From: Octopus vulgaris
Taxonomy: Eukaryota
DNA: 64,000 nt
Direction of reading: 5' to 3'
Assembly: GCA_951406725.2 (NCBI GenBank)
Contig: OX597822.1
Coordinates: forward strand, 71,734,001 to 71,798,000
Shown piece by piece: positions 26,363-37,712 of the stretch (position 1 is the first letter of the stretch; each line of letters opens with the position of its first letter). A model generated the notes under the pieces. The model ran no database searches and was not told the origin of the DNA. It saw only the letters and a program-made list of their open reading frames with translations. The position numbers were made by a program, and so were the translations under genes.

Positions 26363-26514
26363 TTTAGGATAATCTTGTTTACAATACTTCATACTTTTAA
26401 AATACGGGATAGTAATAGTTGAAATGCTTTTAAAATATTGAGTGGTCACGGTTGAAACACTTTTTGAAAGACATCTTTTTGTGCTTCCTTATGCGCAAAG
26501 GAGTCAAAACTGTT

Positions 26515-26826
26515 GGCTACCGTGCCGGTAGCACGTAAAAAGCACCGTCCAAGCTTGGTTGATGCCAGTGCCAGCTGAGTGGTTCCCATGCGAGTAGCAT
26601 ATTAAAAGCACCATTCAAGTGTGGTCGATGCCAGTGCTGGTGGCACGTAAAAAGCACCCACTACACTCTCGGAGTGGTTGGTGTTAGGAAGGGCATTCAT
26701 CTGTAGAAACTCTGCCAGATCAGGTTGGAGCCTGGTGCAGCCTTCTGATTTGCCAGCCCTCAGTCAAACCGTCCAACCCATGTCAGCATGGAAAGCAGAC
26801 GTTAAACAATGATGATGCTGATGATG
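26515..26826 (+). mobile_element. RTE 3' UTR fragment
   Basis: Tail family match. Confidence 0.75.
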
Positions 26827-27329
26827 AAGAAAAAAAAAATTTTTCTGGAGCCAAAATTTCAGGATAGTTGCCTTTTCTTAGTCAAAATTGTACTGTTTTA
26901 TGTCAGGATTTAAAAGAAAATTTTCTGAATCTGAGGATATACTTTGATGTACTCTAAATGAGAAATGGTAAGACAGCAAGTTGGTAGAACCGTTAGCATG
27001 CTTGGCAAAATGCTCAACAGCATTTCGTCCATCTTTACATTTCAACAAGGTTGACTTTGCCTTTCATTCTTTTGCGGTTGGTGAAATAAATACCAGTTGT
27101 ACACTGGGGTTGATGTAATTGGCTTGACCCCCTTCCCTGAAATTACTGGCCTTGTACCAAAATTTGAAATCAATGTGATGAGAAATCTACAGTTTAGCTC
27201 CAGGTCAACCCTGAATGAGTAACCATGGTTCCAACCATAGACATCTCATTCTTTCTTCTTTTTCATTTTTTTCAGACAATGTATGCAGGACTCTATGAGG
27301 TTCATCCTTTTTTTTTTTTTTTAAGATGA

Positions 27330-27762
27330 TGTTTGCGAAGACCTGTTGAGGCAAGTGATATTGAAATTGAAATCAAATTCGATGACTGGCATCCGTGCTA
27401 GTGGAGTGCTAAGAGCACCATTCGAGCGTGATCGTTACCAGCGTTGCCTTACTGGCATATGAAAAAACATTTGAGCGAGGTCGTTGCTAGTGCTGCTGGA
27501 CTGGCTCCTGTACAGGTGGCACGTAAAAAACACCATTTGAGCATGGCCGTTGCCAGAACTGCGTGACTGGCCCTCGTGCCGGTGGCACATAAAAAGCACC
27601 CACTACTCTCTTGGAGTGGTTGGTGTTAGGAAGGGCATCCTGCTGTAGAAACTCTGCCAGATCAGATTGGAGCCTGGTGCAACCATTTGGTTCGCCAGAC
27701 CTAAGTCAAATCGTCCAACCCATGCTAGCATGGAGAGTGGACGTTAAACAACGATGATGATG
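27330..27762 (+). mobile_element. RTE 3' UTR fragment
   Basis: Tail family match. Confidence 0.75.
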
Positions 27763-29920
27763 TAGTGTGATTCAACGAAGATTTTAGTTGCTGTTTCTAC
27801 CAATCAAATTGCAAGATTGCCATAGGAGGCAAGAATTTATAGTTAAGATACATGAGTATATTATTTAAAGAATCCAATACACAAACAAAGCTAATCTGTA
27901 TACCAGCCGTTTCATTGTCACCATCGTTATCATGTAGTGTAAGTTTAGTTAGTGCAGAGCTAAACAGCGAAGTGTTTAATATCCTTTGGTTTTTCTATGT
28001 AAAACCACATCACAGACCAGCCAATTTATTCCTCTCACTGATGTGTCAATGAACTTTTGCCCCTCCTACAAACCACTCATTGCATGTATGTGTAAAAGAG
28101 AGAGAGAGAGAGCGCTTTAGTTGGACACCCTAGCAATCATACTTTGTTGCTATCTTTCCTCCATTACTTCACCATAAAAGAAATGAAAAATAGTGGGGCA
28201 AAGTGCAATGAGAAAGAAATTACCATAATTTACTTTTATGGTATTCTGCTTAATATTCCTCACCACTATGGTGATGATATTCTTTTGAACGTACTTAATC
28301 CGTTTTCATAAGTTGAAAGGAATGTCATCAGATTTGATTCCAATAGAGTTGTATTTTATTGCTGACCTTATTTCTCCCCATGTGCCATGTAAGACAAGGA
28401 CAATCATGATTATGGCATTTGTACTCACAGATGTGAGGCATCAAATTTAATAATGTAAATAATCTAGTCTGGTGTTCTGACTGTGTGCTTCAAGAGGATA
28501 TATACTTATAAGTATGAGGTGGACTCGGAATTCTAGAGATGTTGTTACACTCTAGGTGCCATTAGCATATTGAATCCACTTTGGTGTGTATTGGTGTAAG
28601 AAGACTTAATTAAAAATGATCACTGTAAATGCTTCTATTATAACCCAGATCCATTGATGGTTTGGAATTCAGCACTGGACGTTAATGAGCCATTACATGA
28701 GTGTGCACTATCTTCCTTGTGGTACTTGTTCACAATGGTGTTCATTACCTACTATATGGTTCTTATTTACATCTAAGCATACTGAACCAGTAAGAATTAA
28801 TTACCTTCCTTTTGGACTTGGTGGAGAATCAATGATGACTTACAAACCAATGGCTTTTCCATTCTTCTGTGGTCTAAAGTGATTCCAGCAGATCAGGCTG
28901 AGCTATCAGTATCTAAAAGATTCAAAGAATATTTTTTTTAACAGACATAGCTCTGTGGTAAAAAGTTAACTTCCCAATCACATGGTTTTGGGTTCAGTTC
29001 CATTGTGTGGCACCTTGGGCAATTGTCTTCCTCTATAGCCTTGGGTTGACCAAGTCCTTGTGAGTGAATTTGGTAGATGAAAATTGAAAAAGGAACCATT
29101 GTGTGCGTGTATAGATATATATATATATGTGCATCTGTGTGTGTTACTGCTTCCTTTGATTCAAGTGATAGCTGTAAGCAAATTCACTGTCACAAAAGCA
29201 GTGACTTTTGTTACCAATCTTTCATAAAAACATGGCTGGTCATGGGATAACCTTACTTGGAAACAGGAAGGACATCTGGCCACAGAAAAATCTGCCTCAA
29301 CAAATTTCATCTGACTCATGCAAGCATGGAAAAGTGGAGTTTACAACAACAGGCATAATGAAATCAACAATCAAGATGTGGACGCTAATATGCCAGTGCC
29401 AGTGGCATGTAAAAAGCACCCACTACACTCTTGGAGGACATCCAGTTGTAGAAAAATTGCAGAAAAAGGATTAAGAATTGTTTCTCTATTATATATTTTA
29501 ACCCTTTTGTTACCATATTTCTGTTGAGATGCTCTGTGTTTCTTTCAATCAATTATAAATATAACAAAGAATTTAGTAATCATTAAACTTGTGTTAGGAA
29601 CATAAATTGTGGCTAAGGTTGGGTGGAAGATTTTAATTCAGAACTTTTGGAAACAATATATTTGTACTACGGAGCTAGAGGCAGTTTCAGCTGGAGTGGT
29701 ATCGAAGGGGGTAATGGACTGAATATCATAGTCTAGAGGAAAACAGGACAATGGTAATACGTTCTAGAGAAAAAGCAGTTTGAAGAAAGAAATCAGAACA
29801 GTGGTTCTCAAGGAGGGTTCATATGACCCTTGGGGAGTCATGTAAAATTTTGTTGTTAAAATTTATGCACAATAAAGTTGGTTATACTCTTACAGTGCAC
29901 TAAATATTGCATTGTTTTTC

Positions 29921-30768
29921 TTAACCCTTTCATTACCAACCTGGCTGAAACTGTCTCTGGTTCTGTTGTACAAAAGTCTTGTTTACATAAGTTTTGAATT
30001 AAAAATCTTCCACCAAACCTTAGTTACAATTTATGTTCCTAACAGTAGCTTAATGACAACTAAGTTATTTTACTAAATTCTTTGTTATATTTGTAAAGTA
30101 TAGAAGCCATCTTAACATGGCTAACCACATAGGGGAAGGGGTGTTACTGTAGCTTTATAGCCCCAAGAGATCGTCGTCTCCAGCTGGCTTTAGACACCAT
30201 TTCACCTTTAGGGACAAAAATCCCGAAACTAGTCCGAGCGTATCACTCAGGCTTGCGAGGAAGGGATGGCCTCCCTTTGCAAATACTTCAAGGGCACTGA
30301 AATGGTGTCTAAAGCCAGCTAGAGACGACGATCTCTTGGGGCTATAAAGCTACAGTAACACCCCCCCTATGTGGTTAGCCATGTTAAGATGGCTTCTATA
30401 CTTTACATTGTCGAGCGATTACTGTTTCAATCTCATTCTGAGATTTAATAATGCTTTGTTATATTTAAAATTAATTAAAAGAAACACAGTACATCTCAAC
30501 AGAAATATGGTAATGAAAGGATTAAAATATATAGTAGAGAAACAATTCTTAACCCTTTTGATACAAAACCGCCTCTGGAACTGTGGTACAAATGTCTTGT
30601 TTTCAAAAGTTCTGAATAAAAACCTTCCACCAAACCTTAGTCATAATTTGTGTTCTTAACACTAGCTTAAAGATAACTAAGTTATTTTACTAAATTCTTT
30701 GTTATATTTAAAATTAATTAAAAGAAACACAAAGCATCTCCAAATAAATACATTAACAAAAGGGTTAA
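29921..30768 (+). mobile_element. Tandem pair of piggyBac-like MITEs
   Basis: TTAACCCTTT starts at 29921 and 30549; GG(A/G)TTAA ends at 30525 and 30768. Confidence 0.75.
30093..30453 (+). mobile_element. Penelope-like insertion with ~110 bp inverted arms and a partial hammerhead
   Basis: Arms at 30092-30204 and 30298-30407; 13 bp TSD ctttgttatattt; GGGA caaaaa TCCC GAAAC TA GTC at 30211-30234. Confidence 0.7.
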
Positions 30769-31340
30769 TATAATTCCTATTAGTATTCAGTTATAAAACT
30801 ATGATAGGATATTTGGACATCAAATGGCTATGGGAGTCCATTAGAATCAAATAGAAATCAAAAGGGCCCATCAGTAAGAAAAATGGTTGAGAACCAGTGT
30901 ATTAGAGTAAAAGGACTTATTCCTAATAGAAAGTTTTAACAGAGAAACAAGCACTGAAGAGGGATCCAACTTCTTTGGTAATAGACATGGCAACGGACGG
31001 AACATATTACATACCTGAAAGAGAGAAAAAGATGAGATGCTGATTGCTTGGATGCATTTGATCATTTAATCCTTAGCATTTAGAATTTTCTGTCAAATGT
31101 AATGATTATTATGACGTGATTGTTTGTTTTTAGAAATGACATTGTAGGGTAAGTGTGAGTGACCAGATCTGGTGAGTTTGGAGATAAAACAGGTAGATTA
31201 TTTTAGCCAGATATGGGTCGAAACCCAGAGCATCTCAACAGAAATATGGTAACAAAAGGGTTAAAATATATTAATAGAGAAACAATTCTTAACCCTTCTG
31301 ATACAAACCTGCCTGAAACTGCCTCTGGCTCTGAGATATA

Positions 31341-31746
31341 GGCATAGGAGTGGCTGTGTGGTAAGTAGCTTGCTTACCAACCACATTGTTCTGGGTTCAG
31401 TCCCACTGCGTGGCATCTTGGGCAAGTGTCTTCTACTATAGCCTCATGCCGACCAAAGCCTTGTGAGTGGATTTGGTAGACTGAAAATGAAAGAAGCCTG
31501 TCGTATATATGTATGTATATATATATATGTATGTGTGTGTGTATGTTTGTGTGTCTGTGTTTGTCCTCACCAACATCAGTTGACAATTGATGCTGGTGTG
31601 TTTACGTCCCCGTAACTTAGCGGTTCGGCAAAAGAGACTGATAGAATGAGTACTAGGCTTACAAGGAATAAGTCCTGGGGTCGATTCGCTCAACTAAAGG
31701 CAGTGCTCCAGCATGGCCACAGTCAAATGACTGAAACAAGTAAAAG
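31341..31746 (+). mobile_element. SINE family A, full length
   Basis: Consensus match. Confidence 0.9.
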
Positions 31747-31773
31747 GGGGTTTAAATGCTAAAGGGGTTAAAG

Positions 31774-32093
31774 TGGCACTCCATCAGTTCCAACAATCTG
31801 GGTTCCAAGTGATCCGATCGATGGAACAGCCCACTTTTGAAATTAACATGCAAGTGGCTGAGCACTCCACAGACCATGCACCCTTAATGTAGCTCTCAGG
31901 GAGATTCAGCATGACAAAGAATGTAACAAATCTGGCCCTTCGGAATACAAGTACCACTCATTTTTGCCAGCTGAGTTGACTGGAGCAACATGAAATAAAG
32001 TGACCTGCTCAAGGACACAACAGACTGCCGGGAATTGAACTCATGGCTTTATAATCATAAGCTGAATACCTTAACCAGCAAGCCACATGCCTT
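31774..32093 (-). mobile_element. tRNA-derived SINE, same type as 9003
   Basis: Reverse-complement match. Confidence 0.75.
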
Positions 32094-32302
32094 CACATTT
32101 GATCATAGCTCAGACAGCTTAACCAGAGATAATCCAAAGCTAAACAATAATGAGGAAACATATCTGATGTGCTATTTTAGCAAGCCATCTAAGTGTATTC
32201 TTCAAACATTGTTCAAGTTAATACAGTTCTGTATTTAAGAGATGAGGAATTATATACATTATTTACATTTGACGGATATTTGTCCTCATCTTATTTGTTG
32301 TT

Positions 32303-32348
32303 AACACAATGTTTCAGCTGATATACCCTCCAGCCTTCATCAGATGTC
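32303..32348 (-). ncRNA. Minimal type I hammerhead ribozyme, CpG-decayed, in a short element (about 32235-32386)
   Basis: Minus strand GACAT CTGATGA A GGCTGG agggtata TCAGCT GAAAC AT T GTGTT. Confidence 0.7.
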
Positions 32349-32446
32349 TTGGGGAAATTTCGAACCTGGCTTCTCATTCCTAAGGTTTTTGTTGTTGCTG
32401 TTGCCTGTTGTTGTTGTTGCTGTTGTTGTTGTTGGTGGTGTTCAGG

Positions 32447-33250
32447 AGTTTAGAAATAGCAGCCTGAGAACCTTAGCTATTTCCTCTACTTTAAAAAGAG
32501 ATTCCCGGACAAAAACAAAGTACTTGAAAACAAACCACGCAGGTAGAGATGAAGAATAATGAAAATCAATCGATATTTGATTACCCATGTACGCGTTTCA
32601 GAATTAGCTCGGTATAAAGGATGTCGAATTTATACTTTACCTGGAACACTTTCCTCATCAGCATGGGACTTCACAATATCAAATCCGGAAGCACTGGAAG
32701 AATCAAATGCACCTCCCCAACTAACAGAATCAGACAGATTACATTCAACGTCCAGTACCGCCGAATTTAAAAAACATACGAATGAGGTTCATCACCTTCC
32801 CCTGCCTATCTACGTGTGTCATCAAGTAAAATACTACAGAAAAATCTATAGTTTATTATCTGGGAGAAAATTATATTATCAATAATAACAAAGGGTAAAA
32901 TTAATTAATTAATTGATTAACTAGTAATCAATAATTTCACCAAGTAGAATTCGGCATGAAAAGGGACCATTTCTCGGTAAACTTAAGTAATATTTAATAA
33001 TTAGGGTTCAGCAAAGATTTGCTTTACTACATACCGAAGTTCAGAAATAGCAGCCAGAGAACTGGGTAATCAAATATCGATTGATTTTCGTTATTCTTCA
33101 TCTCTGCCTGCATGGTTAGTTTTCGAGTACTTTGTTTTTGTCCGGGAATCTCTTTTTAAAGTAGAGGAAATAGCTAAGGTTCTCTGGCTGCTATTTCTAA
33201 ACTTTGGTATGTGGTAAAGCAAATCTTTGCTGAACCCTAATTATTAAATA
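32447..33250 (-). mobile_element. Retrozyme / non-autonomous Penelope-like element: ~591 nt terminally redundant unit plus inverted arm
   Basis: Minus-strand GTTCTC(T/A)GGCTGCTATTTCT at both 33062 and 32471; 33063-33250 is an inverted copy; contains a hammerhead. Confidence 0.75.
32584..32667 (-). ncRNA. Type I hammerhead ribozyme with extended stem II and intact catalytic core
   Basis: CCCATG CTGATGA GGAA...GTATAAA...TTTATAC...TTCT GAAAC GC GT A CATGGG: 6 bp stem I, palindromic stem III ACGCGT, GUA cleavage triplet. Confidence 0.85.
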
Positions 33251-33275
33251 TATATATATATATATATACATATAT

Positions 33276-33795
33276 AGGCGCAGGAATGGCTGTGTGGTAA
33301 GCAACCCCATGGTTCCAAGTTCATTCCCACTGCGTGGCACCTTGGGCAAGTGTCTTCTGCTATGGCCTTGGACTGGCCCCCGTGCCAGTGGCACATAAAA
33401 GTACCCACTACACTCTAGGAGTGGTTGGTGTTAGGAAGGACATCCAGCTGTAGAAACTCTGTGAGATCAAGATTGGAGCCTGGTGCAGCCATCTGGTTGA
33501 CCAGCCCTCAGTCAAATCATCATCATCATTATCATTATTGTTTAACATCCGCTTTCCATGCTAGCATGGGTTGGACAAGCATATATATGTGTGCGTGTGG
33601 CTGTGTTTGTCCCCCCAACATCGCTTGACAACCAATGGTGGTGTGTTTACGTCCCCCATAACTTAGCGGTTTGGCAAAAGAGACCGATAGAATAAGTACT
33701 AGGCTTACAAAGAATGAGTCCTGGGGTCGATTTCCTCGACTAAAGGCAGTGCTCCAGCATGGCCGCAGTCAAATGACTGAAACAAGTAATAGAGT
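33276..33795 (+). mobile_element. SINE A interleaved with RTE tail fragments
   Basis: Consensus matches. Confidence 0.7.
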
Positions 33796-36289
33796 ACATA
33801 TATATATATAATATATATATGTATATATATGCATGTATGTAGATATGTGTGTATATGTATATATATATTTATACACATGTAAAAGCACTTGTGTAGTGCC
33901 ACATGAAAGTGCCCATGTAGTACCATGTAAGATCCCCCAGCACACTCTGTGGTTGGTGTTGGGAAGGACATCCAGCTGTAGAAACCATGCCAAATCAGAC
34001 TGGAGTCTGATGCAGCTTCCCACCTCTGGTCACACTGACCAACCTATGCCAGCATGGACAACAGACATTCAATGATGATGCTGAGGATGATGGCCTTCCT
34101 TACAGATTCCAACTGCCAAATTCATGCGCAAGGCATTGCTCGGACAAGGGCCTATAGAGGAAGACACTTGCCCAAGGTGCCATGCAGTAGGACAGAACTT
34201 GAAACCACATGAGTTTAAAAAAAAAAAACAAGCTTCTTAACAACTCAGCCATATTTGTGCATGTAAAATTTGATGTCTGCTGATGCTGTTGTCATCACCA
34301 CCACTGCCGCCGTCATCGCCACCTCTACCATCGTCATCATCATTGATGTCTTCATTTTCATCAAACAACATCAACTTTGGTTGGCAAAGGTTGTTTTCTT
34401 TGTCTTTTCTTTTCTCTCTCTTTTTCTCATGTAGTTAAGCATTAAGATATATAGTCTGTCCATTACAGGGAAGCCATACCGCAAATGTTTAATGTTAATC
34501 ATAATCATCTCTCTCTCTTTTTTTTTTGTTTTTTTTTTGTAGTGTTACTTTTCCCTCGTTAGCATGGATTGAATCATATCTGCAATATTATTTATCTTAA
34601 TCCCACATAATTTCATCTCTGGCTTCATCATGTGTCTTCTCTTAGTTTCTCTTGTTCACCATCAAACTTCCTGCACTTTTTCACCCATTTAGATTAACAT
34701 TTTTATACCAGTGCAAACAATACACTACCCTCGCTCATATTAGTCAATGTCTTTGATGCTTGGTCGTTGAATAATATATAAAATGAATAAGTAATAAATA
34801 CTGTGTGGCATGAATTATATTATTCAAGCTGAATAATATTTCATTATTGATTAGATTTTTCTTCAAGAGTTCTAAAGACAACCAAGAATATATTTTTCCA
34901 ATGAGATGATTTTAACTCTTTGTGGTTTATGCAATTACTGAGAATATTCCCTGTGATTATGTTTCTTTTTGTTTCATCAACAATATATTATTTTGTGTTA
35001 ATAAATAACTTTTACAGAGTGTTGCAGCTTCTCTCCAAGTATAGAACTAGGATGGGGAATATTAATGTTATGAAGAAGCAGAAATCATTGTTCAATTTAT
35101 ATTAATAGGGTTATGACTAATATGATGAAGTCTAGAGGATACAGAGTATTGGATATTGAAATAACTTTTCAGAGATTGCTAACCTTTTCTTTTCCTGCAA
35201 AACAAAATCTATGGCACCTGATGATGAATGAGAATCAAACTGTTTGAAATATTATGTTGTATAAAAATAAAAATAAATGATAGGGTTAATAGACCAAGAA
35301 GTTATTTCAATATTAATAATGATTCATGTTAAAAATATGTAGCTACAGAATAAATACAAATGTTGTTAAATTGAGATACCACTTTAGTCAATAGTGTTTT
35401 GACAAACGATTAAACAATAACGTTTAAAGTAAGCTACACCTGCCTTCTGTCAGACAGCAGAATCAGCCATTAGAGTTTATAAAGAAACAAAACTCTTCAA
35501 CTCGTATCAAAGATCGATGATTGATGTGATTAATTCTTGAAACCTCGGTTTCTGAATAGTAAGTATTTATTGAGATATTTAAATACATCAATCAAGTTAG
35601 ACAGGCAGTGATCAAATGGTAGGAGGAGAATTGTTTTAGAAAGCTGTGATGTGATAAACTGTCACAATATTTTTAGATGAAAACTTATAACTGATGGATC
35701 AATCGCTGATTTCAACATTTTCTCATAATTGTTACTTTTATAAAAAACAATGTCTCAACTTCTTGAGTACATTTAATTTTTTTTTTCCTGAGATTTTTTC
35801 CTCATTGCATGTCACAAACAAACAAACTAACTAACTTTATAGGTGTCAGACTATTAGCTGATGGTGCCTCAAATTCATGTATTAGCAAAGCTTTTTTAGC
35901 AGTATTATAAGCCCCCTTGGGAAAATCAAAACCTTGGGTCCTGCAGTATTTATTTACTGACAGCAAGCTACAATATACTTAGATCAGAAATGGTCCACTA
36001 GATCCAAGAGGCCTCTAAGCAACTGTCCAGTGCATCTATGCCTTATAGAAAAGAAGTTACACGGTTACACATAAAGCATGTCTAAAAGGAAAGACGGTAA
36101 ACTATTTTAGCCATTTATTTATTTCAAACATGAAACTACTGCTGTGCAGGGGCTGAGAGACCACTTCAGAAAGGTTTTAGTTTATCAAAGCAACCTCGTG
36201 CTTGCTTTTAAGGCTGGTGCATTGTCAAGTAGGTTATAGGGATGTAAACAACTCTATGCTAGTTACCAAGGAGTGAGAGACAAACTGTG

Positions 36290-36620
36290 GAGACCCCCTT
36301 CGGTCATGAGTGACTATGGGATTGCACCTAGAAAGTTACCCTCTGAGGTACAAGTCCAGGCAAGGTTGTTTATGGAAGACCAGCAGTCACTCATGCATAC
36401 CAGCCTCCCCTCTCCACACCACTGATGTCATCCAAGGGAAAGGCAAAAGCCGATACAGCTTGGCACCTGTGATGTCACAACTCATTTCTACAGCTGAGTG
36501 AACTGGAGCAACGTGAAATAAAGTGTCTTGCTCAAGAACACAACACGCAGCCCGGTCCGAGATTTGAACTCACAACTTCACGGTTGTAAGCTCGATGCTC
36601 TAACCACTGAGCTATGTGTC
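36290..36620 (-). mobile_element. tRNA-derived SINE with V-domain-like middle
   Basis: TAGCTCAGTGG A box, GAGTTCAAATC B box and GTGTTCTTGAGCAAGACACTT. Confidence 0.8.
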
Positions 36621-37359
36621 TTCACTGAGAGACAAATACAAGCACAAAAACACACACACATGTAATGTGGGTGGATGTGTGCATTTATTTATGCATGTAT
36701 GTGTGTATCTATGCATGTGTATGTGTGTGTGTGTTTGTGTAAAGACACCCAGCACACACTGTGTAGTGGTTGGCATTAGGAAGGGCATCCAGTCATAGAC
36801 AGCATGCCAGAACAAACAATGGAACACGGTACAGCCCCTGGCTTTACCAGCTCCTGTCAAACCATCCAACTCATGCCAGCATGGAAAAACAGACGTTAAA
36901 TGATGATGATACATAGGTGTGGCTGCGTGGTGAGAATTTTACTTCCCAACCACACGGTTCTGGGTTCAGTCCCACTGCTTGACACCTTGGGCAAGTGTCT
37001 TCTGCTGTAGACTAACATAAGCCTTGTGAATGGATTTGATTACTGGAAACGGAAAAGAAGCCTGTTGTGTATATATGTGTGCCTGACCATTTTTATTTGT
37101 GTCTCCTTGCCTTGACATCATGTGACAGTTGTAAATGATGGTCACTGTCATACAAGCAGTGTCCTTCATTTTCGATATTCAGCACAAACCATGGCTGGCT
37201 TTGAAGATGTATTACCTTGCTTAGAAAAAGACAAGGAGAGGTTATGACATGAAGGGCATCTGGCTGTAGAATATCTGCATCAAATAAATGCCATCTGACC
37301 CTTACAAACATGGAAAGGTGAACATTAAATGAGGACAATGATATATATTTGTAGACAGA

Positions 37360-37712
37360 TACTCTTTTACATGTTTCAGTCATTTGACTGCGGCCATGCT
37401 GGAGCACCGCCTTTTGTCGACCAAATCGACCCCAGGACTTATTCTTTGTAAGCCTAGTATTTATTCTATCAGACTCTTTTGCCGAACCGCTAAGTGACGG
37501 GGACGAAAACACACCACCATTTGTTGCCAAGCGATATTGAGGGGACAAACACAGACACACACACACACACGCATATACACATACATATATACAACAGGCT
37601 TCTTTCAGTTTCTGTCTACCGAATTTACTCACAAGGCTTTGGTCTGCCCGATGCTATAGTAGAAGACACTTGCCCAAGGTGCCAGGTAGTGGGACTGAAC
37701 CCAGAACCATGA
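37360..37712 (-). mobile_element. SINE family A
   Basis: Consensus match. Confidence 0.85.

Larger units (their letters stand above)
29799..30899. mobile_element. hAT (Charlie-like) MITE hosting nested insertions
   Basis: TIRs CAGTGGTTCTCAA and TTGAGAACCAGTG; degenerate 8 bp TSD aatcagaa/tattagag. Confidence 0.65.

Noticed and set aside
32559-32885. 108 aa ORF in the hammerhead element
   Set aside because: It is antisense to the ribozyme strand and has no recognisable motif.
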